From the human T2T-CHM13v2.0 reference genome, Homo sapiens: DNA of 64,000 nt. Position numbers and translations under genes: made by a program. The notes under the pieces were generated by a model. It ran no database searches, was not told the DNA's origin, and worked only from the letters and a program-made list of their open reading frames with translations. The first letter of the stretch is position 1. The number at the start of each line of letters is the position of its first letter. The DNA lies in the NCBI RefSeq assembly GCF_009914755.1, contig NC_060935.1, one strand, 5' to 3'. Below, in pieces: positions 29,885 through 43,254 of this stretch.

Positions 29885-30002
29885 ACTTTATTGAGGTATG
29901 CCTGACATGTAAAGCGCTGTATATATTTAGTGTATACAACCTGATGAGTTTGGGGATAAATGTGCACGTGTGAAAGCATCACCACCATCAAGGACATAGA
30001 CA
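29885..30002 (-). mobile_element. L1M 3'-end fragment
   Basis: TTTATTGAGGTAT...GATGAGTTTGG...ATCACCACCATCAAG resembles old L1 3' end. Confidence 0.7.
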
Positions 30003-30059
30003 GTGCCCTTCATCTTTTCAGAGGCTCTTGACATGTCAGCTAGTTTGTAGTATTTCACC

Positions 30060-31140
30060 CTGTGCCTGGCACAGCAATCACGCCCTGCTTCTCCTTGCTT
30101 TCCTTCCTCGCTTGCTGCTCCTTCTCCTCCAAAAGTTGAGGTACCCCGGGCTCTGTCCTAGGTCTCCTCTCCATCTGCACTGTCTCTCTAAGTGACCTCA
30201 TTCATCTCAGGGGTTTAAATACCACTCACACCCCCAAGGACCTACCGATGCTTATCTCCAGGCCAGACCTACAGCCTTCTCAGTCACCTCTAGCAGGCGT
30301 CTCAAACTTACAGCATTCGAAGTGGAACGCTAGGTTTCCACCACCTCCTGCTCCGTCTCCACCAACCTGCTCCGTCTCCACCAAATGTGGATTCACCCTT
30401 GATGCCTCTCTTTCTACGCTCGCAGCCAATCCATCAGCAAAGCCTGTCAGTTTTTCCTTTAACATGTATCCTGAATCCGACCCATTCTCACCCGAGTCCG
30501 AGCCCCTGCCTCTGGCCTGGGCTCCTGCAGGAGCCTCCTGACTGAGGTCCCCTTCTACTCTTGGGCCCCTCAGTGGATTCTCTACAGAGCAGCCAGAACA
30601 ATTCCTTTTAAATGTAAATCATTCACACTTACAAGAAAATCCTGACCTGACCATGGCCTACCAGGCCCCTACCACCCCTCCGACCCATTTCTCACCATTC
30701 TCCACTCACGATTCCTCTGGGACACACTGTCCTACTTGCTGTTCCATACAGGCGGGCATCTGCTTGCCTCAGGGCCTTCACACTTGTTGCTTCCACTTTA
30801 GGGAATGCTCTTCTACATGTATCTCTGTGGCTCCTTCTCCTCACTTCTTCTAGGTCTCTGCTCAGATGTCACCTCTTCAGAGAGGCCTTCGTGACTGCCT
30901 ACCTTGTCACTTACTATCTCTCTCTCCCCATCTTAGTTTATTTTTTCATAGAATTTATCACTATCTGGCATTGTATGATACTTTTGTTGATTTCCTTTTA
31001 ACTACCTGTCTTCCCTACTGGAATGTACTGTCTAAGACAGCAAGGGCTTTATTTTGTTTTTTGATGCTTAGAGTACTGCCTGGCATATATTAAGGGCTCA
31101 GTCAATATTTATTGCCTATGTGAATAAATGAATGATTAAC
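30060..31140. mobile_element. L2 LINE relic (representative; others at ~14220-14990, 21620-22860, 24860-25360, 43450-44130, 53880-54400, 57090-58355, 62220-62620)
   Basis: CTCAGATGTCACCTCTTCAGAGAGGCCTT...TGCCTGGCATATA...CTCAGTCAATATTTATTG...TGAATGAA L2 3' end. Confidence 0.7.
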
Positions 31141-33779
31141 AAATTCCTAGAGAGTGGTGGCTCTTTCTGATCTTATTCATCCCAACCGGTTGTCAGATGC
31201 CTGGCCTCAGGCAGAATACACAGCTATGCTCATAAATGCATGATTGCTGAAGAGGCAATAAATACTTTTAAGCCAATGAGTAACCAAGTTCCTACCCTGT
31301 GCTGGTGCTGCGAACAGAAGAGCAGTCTCCCTTTGAAAGCTGGTTCTCTGAGGGAGAAAACAGTCTCTGACCAAGCCCTGCTCCCCCACATCCTGGCCCA
31401 AGGTTGCTACTAGTTACTGGAAGGGTATGCAAGTGCTCCTGGCGGCCTTGGGGTAACTTCACAAATCAAAGGGAGTCGATGCCTGGAGCCTGTTGGCTCC
31501 CACTGGACACTCTGCAGGTATCAGCTGGAAACAGTGTGGTTACTGTGGGCCCAGAGCAGCCAGTACTTTAATTGCTAGTTAGTTTTGACTGTCTTGTGAG
31601 GTAAGTTCTACAAACTCCATCTCATAGCTGAAGAAACTAAAACTCAGGGAGAGTGGGTGGCTTGGTCAAGGTCTTCCTGACAGTGACAGGGCTAAGATTT
31701 GGTCCCAGTTCTGCTAACTCCAGATAATAATCAACATGGACATTTCTTGAGAGCTCCCTAAGTGCCAGGGTCTATTTAAGCTCCCCACACACATGTAGGT
31801 CTCATTCAGCATTCATGGTAACCTTATTCGTTAAATATTGTTATCTCTTTTCACAAGTAAGAGCACTGAGGCACAGAGAGATTAAGTAACTTGCTCAAGG
31901 TCACAGAGCACTTTCCATTATAACACACTACCTTAAATATTACTTCCAACAACTAAGGATTTAGATCACAAACCATTTCTTCCAAAACACTAAGGAAGGG
32001 ACCCCTACAAAGCAAACAACAGCAAGCTGTAAATTTCTCCCAGCATGTCTGTGTGCCTCCTTTCTATCCTCTGTGCTTCATCCTCTCTCCCCAGTTCCTG
32101 GATGATCCCCAACCTGGGAGGGGAAGGCTGTGGCTGTCTCCAAGGCAGCAGGGCACAAAGTCCAGCCTGGGCCTTGCCTAGCGCATGGCGCCTGCCCTGC
32201 CTGCACACAGGGATATTAATAAGTAATGACTGTTGCGATGAGGAAGAGTAGGGCAGAGGAAACGTGGAGGTCTGAGGCCCTTTGGAGCCTGTGGGACCTG
32301 GGGAAGAGGAACAGGGCAAACCCAGGATCTGCATCAGACACCAGGGACCCTGGAGATGATTCTCACAAAAAAGAGAGAGCAGGTACCCCACAGAGTGAAG
32401 GCAGAAGACCTGATGTTATTTCAGGCCAGGGGCAGGAAACTGAAATTCAACCCTGAGTCTTGGGTTGGGGGATGGAAGGCTGAGCTCCTTCAAACTGGGT
32501 TGCCTGAAATCTACACTCACAAAATGTCCTTAGTGGCTGAAATTTCTTCCGACATGTCTCTTTGCAACAGGATGTAACAGTGAATGCTCTCTCAAGCTCC
32601 CCTTGGTATTCGCCAGCCCCTAAATTCCTGCTGAACTTCCAGCTATCACCCACCCCTGGGAGCAGGACCAGAAATGCCCAAGACCTTGTTTTCAGGAGCC
32701 TTCTGCCAGTTTGAGCTGTCCCTTTGTGCCCCTACAAAAGCTTGGCCTCAACACGCAGCACTCAGACATGGGTAATTACCAGGGTAGGGTCTGCCTCCCA
32801 CCTACACCACCAGCAAAGGGCACAGACTGGGTATGGCTGAGAGGATGCTCAAAACATGCTTATTAAATGAATAACTGACCCCGGGCCCTTGGCCCCAAGC
32901 CCCTGTGGCCCCTACACTGGCTAGCTCCTTGGGCTCCTATGGGCCTCTTTATGGGAAGGAAGGAGTTAAGCACCCTGACCTGCCCTACCTGAGCTCAGCT
33001 CTCAAACCAGGAAGAGGTTTGGCTTGGTCTAAAGACACTGCCCCTGGGGTCTTTGGGAGAGCCTTGGGTCACACAGTTATCAATAGTTAAGTTATCAATA
33101 GTTACCTGCCCCTCAGGCAGGGCCTGTGGGGAGCTCCAGATACCACCCACCCCCCCCAAGCGGCTTCATCCCCAGACTCAGAGGCATCCTAAGACTTGGT
33201 GGGGAAGTAGGCTGGATCTCTTTGATGGCCCTCTCTGGTCTCAGGGCCTCAGCAGATTCTGCACAGCTTTGTGAATCATTCTCGAAATGCCCTGTGTGAA
33301 ACCTGGCCACTTCCAGAGATGGTCCTTGAGAATCCCAGACCACCAGTGAGGCCCCTCACTGGGACACACCAGGGTGGACCCGGCTCTGCCTGAAGGATCT
33401 GGCCGGCCAGAGCCCAGCTCCGACGCCCTCAGTACCTCCTCCCTTCCTCCCCACCGCACCCGGGTCAGCACCAGCTCCTCAGCTACTTCTCAGACCCTAA
33501 GAAACGCCCTTAGGCAGGCAGGGCTGAAATGCTTCTAACTCATGTTCTGAGGTCAAAAGGCAGAGAGAGAGACGTCTAGTTTCCCTTCTCCCAACCCTCA
33601 CCTCTCAGATACTGCCCCAGACTGTCTCCACATGCCTCAACAGCCCTGAGCTGGGGGCACTAGGAAGGAGAGGGGCTTGCCCACAAAGGGGGCACCTCAG
33701 AAAAGCGGCCAAGACTGGAAGGAATTCAAACCCCAGAGACGTCCCTGCCCCTGGAAGGCAGAGGGAGAAAGGCTGGCAG

Positions 33780-34919
<1,140 letters not shown>

Positions 34920-37105
34920 TGAATTCCTTGGGGACAGGGCTGGGTTTTACTGTGGGCCGCAGGGGTCTGAATCAGTGTGTGTGAGAGTGCCCCCCTCAAC
35001 TGATTTCCCCTCCCACCTTCCCTAACACCTCCACCCCCAACAAAACAAGACAAAACAAAACCCAAACCCAACACACTCACATATCCATCGAAGCCTGGCA
35101 GAGCCTGGCAGTGACATTTTGATCTATGGCTGACCTTCACCCAGGGCCCAGACCCTCTGGTTCATTTAATTCAATTTGGTCAGCATTTGCTTAACTCCTA
35201 GGTCTAGTGCTTGGTGCAAAGACAATGATGAACCAGGCCTGGAAAGGAATGAAAGGAAAGATTCATCAAAGACAATGATGAACCAGGCCTGGAAAGAGAT
35301 GAAAGGAAAGAGGGGCTAGGAGAGGGGTGATAAAAATGTGTAAATCAGAGGCTAAGTATGGGGCTTGTGCCTGAACTTAACCCAGGGAGGCACCTGAGCC
35401 CTTTGTGCCCTGTCAAGGGCAGGGGCAAGGAGATGGACAGCAGCTTACATCAGGTAACCACTTACAATTGTAACTCTGGGGCACCTAAACACCCCTCTGC
35501 GTCCCTCTCCCCAATAGCTGAAGTTTTACAAGCACACTATTTTTGTTGCCTAGTTTAAGATGTAAATCCCTCTTGGAGAAGAACCTTAAAATATGATCTG
35601 TTTTCTCACCTTAGCATTAACTATTAAGTCAGCGATAAAATGGAAAGACTTGTGGGATTTTTGAATGGTCCAGAAAAGGCCACACAAAATGCATTCCCCT
35701 CCGACTTACTTCATTGATTCTCTACATTGGAAAAGAATGTCATATGGCTGTTTATTTTGTATTTAGAATCCTGGCAGAGGTGAATGAATGTCCTTATCCA
35801 GGGGAATGCTGTTCACCTGCCACACCAATCCTTATTTTACATTGGCCATTACCCCCACAGACTCCCTCCACCTTAAAATGCCCCCTGCTTTGTTTTGAGA
35901 ATAGCATTGAGACCTGGTTCTCCTCTCTCATGAATTTTTGTTTCAAGCTTCCTTGGAGACAATCAGTCTTTGCCTGTTCCTTAACCAGCATTCCTTAAGG
36001 CTCCATCCTTAGCTCTTTCCTCTTCATCTTCCTATCTGTGCCCCCAGCTTCCTCCTGTGTGAAGATAGCTGTGTTTGCTTTATTTACCACTATATGCCTA
36101 GAACAGTGCATGGCATGGAATCAATGCCAAACAAATTTGTTGAGTGAATGAATGAATGAATGAATGAATGAATGCATCTCAAATCTATACCCTTGCCTAG
36201 AAGTCTACTGGGGCCAATACCACCACGACCACCACCACCACCATCATCATCATCCTCTGTAAGACCTAGCATCTAGTTGGTGTTCCCTAAGTGATGACGA
36301 AGTGAATGATGTACAGATTCCCCAGGTGCTCAGTCCCATGTTTTTGCCATTTTAAAATTCCTCCTGGGCAGACAGTGGACCTCGTTCACACATATAAAGT
36401 TGTTTTGTCAAAGTTTGGCCTTGATGGTGGCAATAACATAGGAGTATGAAACACTTTTGTTATTCAATCGTCATTTCCTGAGCTCGGGCAGGAGCTGGTG
36501 CTGGGCATTCAGAGGACTAAGGCATGATCCATTCCCTAGAGGTGCTCAAAACTGGTCATAGGATACGGATGTGGAGACCCAGGTGGAAGCTGAGGTGGGG
36601 CATGGTGAGAACATAGGCTAGGACTCTGCAGGCTCTGTTATTGACCACTGATCCCTGAGTGGCATGTCCCAGGGCCTCAGCATGGCCCTCTGTAAAAGGA
36701 GAGGATAGGGCCAGACTCATACCTGCATCTTGCGTCTCTGGTATTGGGCTTCCAGGACCCAGGTAAGGGGAGCTGGAGGTTGCATAGGCTGCCTCTATGC
36801 TTCCCTAGACAATTTAGGGCTGAGTAATCTGAATCCAGCCTCCCCTGGGGAGGTGTGGCCACAGGCCAAGAAAAGCAGAGGCTAGGCTATGGACAGGCGC
36901 CTAAATTATGGTAATAAGCTGGGTACTCCTGTCACTCTAGTTCGGGGAGGAGCTGAGAGCCTGGGAGGAGGGGCTGAGGGAGCCCTGGGGCATGAGAACA
37001 AGAGGGACCTCGGCTGCGGAGTGGAGGTGTGACCCTGCCTTAGCCCGGGGAGGCACCTCGGGAGGCTGGCCCTGCGCTCAAGTCCTCCGGTCCCCTCGTG
37101 TCCCT

Positions 37106-37199
37106 ATGGGAGTCCTGGCGTCTGCGCTCTGCTGGCTGCTTTGTGTCTGGCTGCCCTGGGGTGAGCAGGCAGCCGAGTCCCTGCGGGTGCAGCGCCTCG
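37106..37199 (+). CDS. OTOG: Otogelin exon 1 (signal peptide), MGVLASALCWLLCVWLPWGEQAAESLRVQRL; alternative longer form to donor at 37279
   Basis: ATG at 37106, hydrophobic leader, G|GTGAG donor; second in-frame donor CAG|GTTGG after 37279. Confidence 0.93.
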
Positions 37200-37659
37200 G
37201 TGAGAGGGTTGTGGACTCAGGGAGGTCGGGGGCTCGAGGAATGAGAAACGTTAAAGGAATGAGGAATGGGCCCGCGCAGGTTGGAGAGAGGGAGGAAAGA
37301 GAGGTTTGAGGGAGAGCAGAGGGACACCCAGGAGGAGCAGTCAGGGGAGGAGGGACCCCGAAGCCAACAGAGGCAGGCCTATGACCGCGGGGGAAAGAGT
37401 CCAAAGTTAGGCTGGGTGGAAGAGACCCGAGGTGGGGAACTAGAGAGAGCTGGGGGCCAAAGACTGAGAGTAAACAGGGAGATCCTGGCTGGAGAAGGGT
37501 CATCAGGAAGGGAGAGAAAGGATTTGAGAAGGCTGCAGGGAGGGAGAATGGGGGAATGCTCAGTGGCGTGGGAGAGGCTTTCTAGCAGTGGGGGCCAGGT
37601 GGTGGGAGGCCCCAGTAAAGACAAGCACAATTTGAGTGGAGAATAATCCCCCTCCCCAG

Positions 37660-37720
37660 CCGCAGCACCCGTTCTGTGGGGCAGTGCAGAGCCACAGCCA
37701 GAGCCAGCCGGGCAACCCAG
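37660..37720 (+). CDS. OTOG: Otogelin exon 2, AAAPVLWGSAEPQPEPAGQP
   Basis: 61 nt, CCCCAG| and |GTGAGT; phase 1 to 2. Confidence 0.88.
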
Positions 37721-37884
37721 GTGAGTAGGTGTGAGCTGTGGCGGCCCCACCCACAGCTCCCATCCGTATTTCTGGCATCAGCGACCCCAGGGCTTTAGCA
37801 CTTAGGGTGGGATAGGCCAGGGGACTGCGGGGAGGCATAACCCATCCTAGCCCCCCATCCATGCCAGACTCGTGTTTCCTCCAG

Positions 37885-37945
37885 CAGCAGCCACCAGGAG
37901 GCGACCCTTGCCATGGGGGACAAGGCTACAGTCGTGGGAGGCCAG
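37885..37945 (+). CDS. OTOG: Otogelin exon 3, SSHQEATLAMGDKATVVGGQ (alternative acceptor at 37868)
   Basis: TCCTCCAG| and CAG|GTAAG; in frame. Confidence 0.9.
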
Positions 37946-38148
37946 GTAAGGGAGGTCTTGGGAGGGGGCTTCATTGAGCAGGAGCTCATGTCTATCTGGA
38001 TCTGAGGCTGGCAGGGAGCTCTGTAGGTTACAGGAGGGGTCTCTGGAGTTGTTCAGAAAGGAACAAGCAGATTCCTGGTATGTGTCTGAGGTGTGCAAGT
38101 TCATAAAACCCTTCTATTCTTTTTAATCTCTTGGGGGTCTATAGTCCA

Positions 38149-38151
<3 letters not shown>

Positions 38152-38191
<40 letters not shown>
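38152..38191. repeat. Pure T40 homopolymer
   Basis: Direct count; no SINE body attached. Confidence 0.97.
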
Positions 38192-38193
<2 letters not shown>

Positions 38194-38455
38194 GAGAGGT
38201 GGGCACCAGGGCTCTTTCAGGAGAGAGCTGAGCTCTCCCTTCTGGCAGGTAAAAGTAGAAAGATGGACGTTTAGAAGAATGGAGTTCTCTTTTCCCTGAC
38301 TGGCCTGCGAAGGCCCTCAACCCTGTCAGAGGCTCCTCTCCATACCCTGAGCGGAGCCTCAAGAATGCAGGCAAGACAAAAACTAGGCCACCTGGTGGAA
38401 GTTGCAAGGAAGGTTTGGTTGAGAAGCAGAGCCCTGAACTCATCCTTTGAGCCTT

Positions 38456-38760
<305 letters not shown>

Positions 38761-39754
38761 TGAGTCTTGACCATTCCACTGCCCATCTTCCCACGGTCCT
38801 CTGTGTTTGTGGGAGAGGTGGCAGTTTTGTTTTCTCCCTTTGCCAAACTTCTTTGGTCTCTGGATCAGGTGACTCAGGTCTACTTTCTAATCCTGGCCCG
38901 CATTTGTCTCCCTCTTTCTATAACTACAGATGAGCTATAAGTTCCACCCACCTGCAGCTAGGTCCCCCAAAGCAGCTGAGCCTCAGCTCAAGTGCCCCTG
39001 CCCCAGCCCCAGCGGTCAGCTCTGGGGAGCCCCTTGAGCCAGCAGATTGGGGAGAATCGTTTATGACAGCAATGAGTCCCAACTCCTGCCCTTTGGAAAT
39101 AGACATGAAGACCCCAAGGTGGAGTGAGGGGGGATGGTGTGGGCGTGCTTCTTCTCTGATGTGGATTTCCTGGATCTTTTACTTCTTCTTTGCCCACACT
39201 TCCAGGCCCTAAGATTTAGAATCACAGTCAAATACTGCTTGAGTTGGAAGGTATTGGAGTCATTTTTTTGTAGGTAGGGAAATTGAGGTGGGTGGATGAC
39301 TTGTGGGGGCCCTGCAATGAGCAGGTGGAGCAAAGTCTACTGGCAGAGCCAGGCCGTGCATACAGGACTTCAGGAATCCCCATGTTTTAGTGGGGGAGAT
39401 GACCCTTCTCCAAACACTTCATTTCCCTGTGGGTATCCTCCCGTGCTGGTTTCCAGGGTAGGCATCCCGCCTTTTCCTTGGGGAAGGGTCATAAGTGAGT
39501 GGACCAGGCAACCTGGGGAGGTTTCTCACGCTGCTCCTCAGAGCAACGAGGAATTAGAATGGCCTCCCTCTAAGGTGACAGGAGTTGGGGGGTGGGGGAC
39601 TGAGGCTCATGTACCAGGGATACTTCAAGGGCTCCTGTTTGGAATGCCCTCTTCATGAAGTGGGGGTGTGCCCCAGACCAGTAGGCAACCAATCTTCATT
39701 TCAATGCTGTCCCGCTTCTACAGAGCTCAACCATTTTCTAGAGAATTGTTGTAG

Positions 39755-40220
39755 ACAGGGGTCCATGGATGGGGGAAAATAAAAACACATTGTTATTTAC
39801 AGAAACCTCAATCCAACTGAAATTCAGCATCCTTTTCAATTATTATTATAGTCTACAAACCACAAGAGTATTTGCAGTGTTTTTGACTGTCACCAATAGA
39901 CATGACAGATATTTTCCTACCACTTATAGATGTTGCTGTCTCAAGATATCATTTATGTTCATCACTACTTCAAAATTTTGGCAGTGATAAGGCCCACTGC
40001 TAGATCTTTTATTTATTGAGTTATTAAAGAAGCACAAATATTACTAAATTACACATTTTTATAAAATATTTTCATAAAATGATATTGTGATATAAGTGAT
40101 TTCCTTTGTAACCTTATCCTTTATTTTATGTTTTTAAAAACATTATTCTGAGAAGGTGTCCACATAGGGTCACTAAATTATCTAAGGGGTTCGTGGCATA
40201 AAAATGATTAAGAGCGCCTG
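39755..40220 (+). mobile_element. hAT-Charlie DNA transposon (Charlie4a-like)
   Basis: GGGGTCCATGGA start, AACTGAAATTCAGCAT...CATCACTACTTCAAAATT...AAAAACATTATTCTGAGAAGG...TTAAGAGCGCCTG end match recalled consensus. Confidence 0.75.
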
Positions 40221-41734
40221 ATTGATTAGCCCCTGAAGACTAATCATTTGGACAAGATTTAAGAAATCCTTTAGAAAATGGCTTTGACTCTTTGCATCAC
40301 AGGTTGTCTCATCCTCATGACTCATTTATCTCAGAGGCCACATCTGAAGTGGGAGTGAAGAGTGAGGACACGAAGACTGAGTTTAATTACAGCTCTCTGG
40401 TGGCTAAAGGATGCGAGTTGTTTCCTGTGACCCTGCCCTCTCCTATTTCCTGTGGTCTCTGAGGGCCCCATGAGATAGATTAGTACCCGGGTGGGAAACC
40501 TGACTCCTGGGGCTGGGGCTGGGTCGACTGGGTAAGGATTGCTCGGGAGAACCCAGGAACCAGGGGCCAAAGTAGGTGAGGACACCAAAATCTGGCTAAG
40601 ATGTCAGGAAGACCATGAAGATGAAAGGTGTGAGCGTAAGGGACAAGGTGGCCAGGCTGTGCCTGCCAGGGCAGGGCCAAGAGCTGGGGTTGGCTCCAGG
40701 GACCAAGGGCCTGAATATTTCCTATGTTCAAGTCCTTTGCTGGATGACAATGAGGGAGGCTGACATGTGAGGTAAATACCCACAGTGCAGTTTGTGGCTT
40801 GTTGGCCCTATGAACAAGCACATAAGCTCCAAGAGGGCAGGGACTCTGCCCTGTTCACTGCATCCAGCACAATGCTTGGCACAGGGTTCTGGGGACATTG
40901 TACAAATGAGGAGGCTGAACCTCTAAGGGAGGAGGAGCCAACTGTGCCCAGGATGCCGGTTCCAGGTGACATTAGACGTCTCGGACTGGAGTTCTGAGAG
41001 GGCTGGTGTATAAGTCATCTAGTCCTGTGGTGACTGAACACCCCTGTTGTTATATAGTCCTGATTTCAGGCGGTTTATGTCTGGAGAGACCATGCTCTGG
41101 GAGTTCTGTCTGGAAAATAGGGTTTCTAAGCCACACACTTGGCCTGTCTCCTCCTTAGACCTGAGGTATCAGGGCAGGAGTCCTGACTGGGAGCTGAGTT
41201 GTGAGGACAGTGGGTGTTGATCTGTGGGCTGCTGGTTTTGCTGTTCTTGGAAGAACCCCAAAGGAAGGTTGGGGTGGGGGTGGCTGTGGGGGTGAGATGT
41301 TCCCCTGACCTGGGGTGAGGGGCTGCCTTTGTTCCTTAGCTCTGCCTCATGCTCGTAATCCAGACAAGGGATTGTGTGTAAGGCTGTGGAGGACATAAGG
41401 GTTTACTGGGAGAGAGGGAAGAAAAGGAGGCTGGCAGGTATTGGGGCATGGAGGGGAGGGGCTGTGTTCCAGCCATGGGCCTCATGGTCTGCCGCAGAGA
41501 TGCCACTTGGGAAGGTGAGAGCTAAGCCTTTGTTCCTCTGAGCCCAGGGCAGGCCTAAACATTCTCCTCTGCCTCTCGAGGGGGCCAGGCGAGGAGGAGT
41601 GGCTGGGGCACTGAGGGGCAGGGGCTCCTCCCTCTGGGAGATGAACAAAGAGGGCTGTGGCCACCAGGAAGCCTGCCTGGGAACCCGTCCTGAGGTCAGC
41701 CCTCGATGTGTTCTCTTCCTCCTGTCTTCACAAG

Positions 41735-41810
41735 CAGGCTGAAGCCCCAGACTCCGTGGCCATGTCTTCCTGGGAAAGGCGGCTCCATCGGGCCAAGTGT
41801 GCACCATCCT
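41735..41810 (+). CDS. OTOG: Otogelin exon 4, QAEAPDSVAMSSWERRLHRAKCAPS
   Basis: AAG|CAG| tandem acceptor, |GTAAGT donor. Confidence 0.92.
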
Positions 41811-42175
41811 GTAAGTGGCACCTTCACTGTGGTCCATGGGTTGTGCATGGGAGAGCCCTGGCAGAGGCCTGAAAGGGCAGAGGGCAGGTGGGGCTTCCCT
41901 CAGGCCTCCATGACCCCTTTTTCCTGCTTGGCATCTCCTTCCACCCACTCTGGCCCCGGCCACCATGCCATTTGGCATTCTCCTCCCTGCCTGAGGAGAG
42001 CTTCCTCTCTAGAGTCCTGTTCCTATGACCATGGCCCGGGACTGCCCCCTCACAGGCTGACTCCAGTGAGACTGTGCTTCATTATTTAGTGGTTGTTTCC
42101 CCCTCCATCCCACCTGGTTCTGTGGCTTCTTTCTACTTTCTGTGGTATTGCCCTTCATCTTGTGTTGTCTGTAGC

Positions 42176-42350
42176 CCCCACTCCCTGTCCTGTGTCCATG
42201 GTCCCCCTCACCTGTCCTAGGTCTGTGGCCTCTCCTCCCACCTGTCCTGTGTCTGTTCCTACCTCCCCCACCTGTCCTGTGTCCCCCACCTGTCCTGTGT
42301 CCCCCACCTGTCCTGTGTCTCCCACCTGTCCTGTGTCCCCCACCTGTCCT
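42176..42350. repeat. 18-bp minisatellite CCCCCACCTGTCCTGTGT (~4.8 copies) with upstream 30-bp-spaced degenerate units
   Basis: Units at 42265, 42283, 42301, 42319, 42337; related units at ~42176, ~42205, ~42235. Confidence 0.92.
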
Positions 42351-42853
42351 CTCACATCATGGCTCCTTTCCTCGCTGCCCTCTGCTCTGCTTTGTCTTCC
42401 CTTCGTCTATGGTTGTTCTTGCTACAGGCCTCTCCTCCATCGCCTGGTTACCCCCGTGGCTTCTTCCCTGAGTGTGTGGAGCAGTGAGGAGGAGCAGCAG
42501 CTGCAGATCTCTGGGCAGTCCCCCTGCTCACCCCACATGCTCCCCATTCTCAGTTCTGCCTGCCTTGCTTGCTAGCCAGGAACAGCTCTAGCAACTGAAG
42601 GCCCAGGTGGGGCTGGCCTGGGGGCCACTTGATGCACATCAAAGGCAGATGCCCTGCGACCCCACCCCACCGGCTTGCCAGGGAGGGGGCAGGGCTGTGG
42701 TCTGAGGCACCAGCTTGTGCTAGCTGCTGAGGAATGTTGGGGCTGGGGCTGCCTGTTATGGGGGTCTGGATCCTGTGAAGCCTGAGAGGGCTGCCTCCCT
42801 GGGTTCTGCCAATCTCAGCTTGATGGGGCAATGACTCTGTGTCTCCCATGCAG

Positions 42854-42946
42854 ACTTGTTCTCCTGCTTCAATGGAGGCGAGTGTGTGCACCCAGCCTTC
42901 TGTGACTGCAGACGCTTCAATGCCACTGGACCGCGCTGCCAGATGG
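42854..42946 (+). CDS. OTOG: Otogelin exon 5 (EGF-like), [31 protein letters not shown]
   Basis: 93 nt phase 1-1; C-x-NGG-x-C EGF pattern. Confidence 0.95.
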
Positions 42947-43099
42947 GTGGGTCTGGGCTCCACCCCACCCCCAGGAAGGGACCTGGGTGCAGGGAAAGCT
43001 AGGGAGAAAGGGAGCAGCACTTCCAGGGCTGGAACCCACCAGCCTCTGGCTTGGTGCCCACTGTAGCTACACAGAGAGGTTCTCTTTTCTCTCCCTCAG

Positions 43100-43254
43100 T
43101 GTACAATGCCGGCCCTGAGAGGGACAGCATTTGCCGGGCGTGGGGGCAGCACCACGTGGAGACATTTGATGGGCTCTACTACTACCTCTCCGGAAAGGGC
43201 AGCTACACCCTGGTGGGTCGCCATGAGCCCGAGGGACAGAGCTTCTCCATCCAG
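43100..43254 (+). CDS. OTOG: Otogelin exon 6 (start of VWD1), [25 protein letters not shown]...FSIQ
   Basis: 155 nt, CTCAG| and |GTGAGG; TFDG VWD motif. Confidence 0.96.

Noticed and set aside
38385-38402. CTCF-like CCACCAGGTGGC on the minus strand
   Set aside because: Single partial motif judged by eye, not between the two promoters; insufficient without ChIP data
42093-42575. 160-aa ORF with PTCPVS repeats resembling a mucin/Cys repeat exon
   Set aside because: Produced by the 18-bp minisatellite; exons 4 and 5 already join in frame and no convincing splice sites bound it
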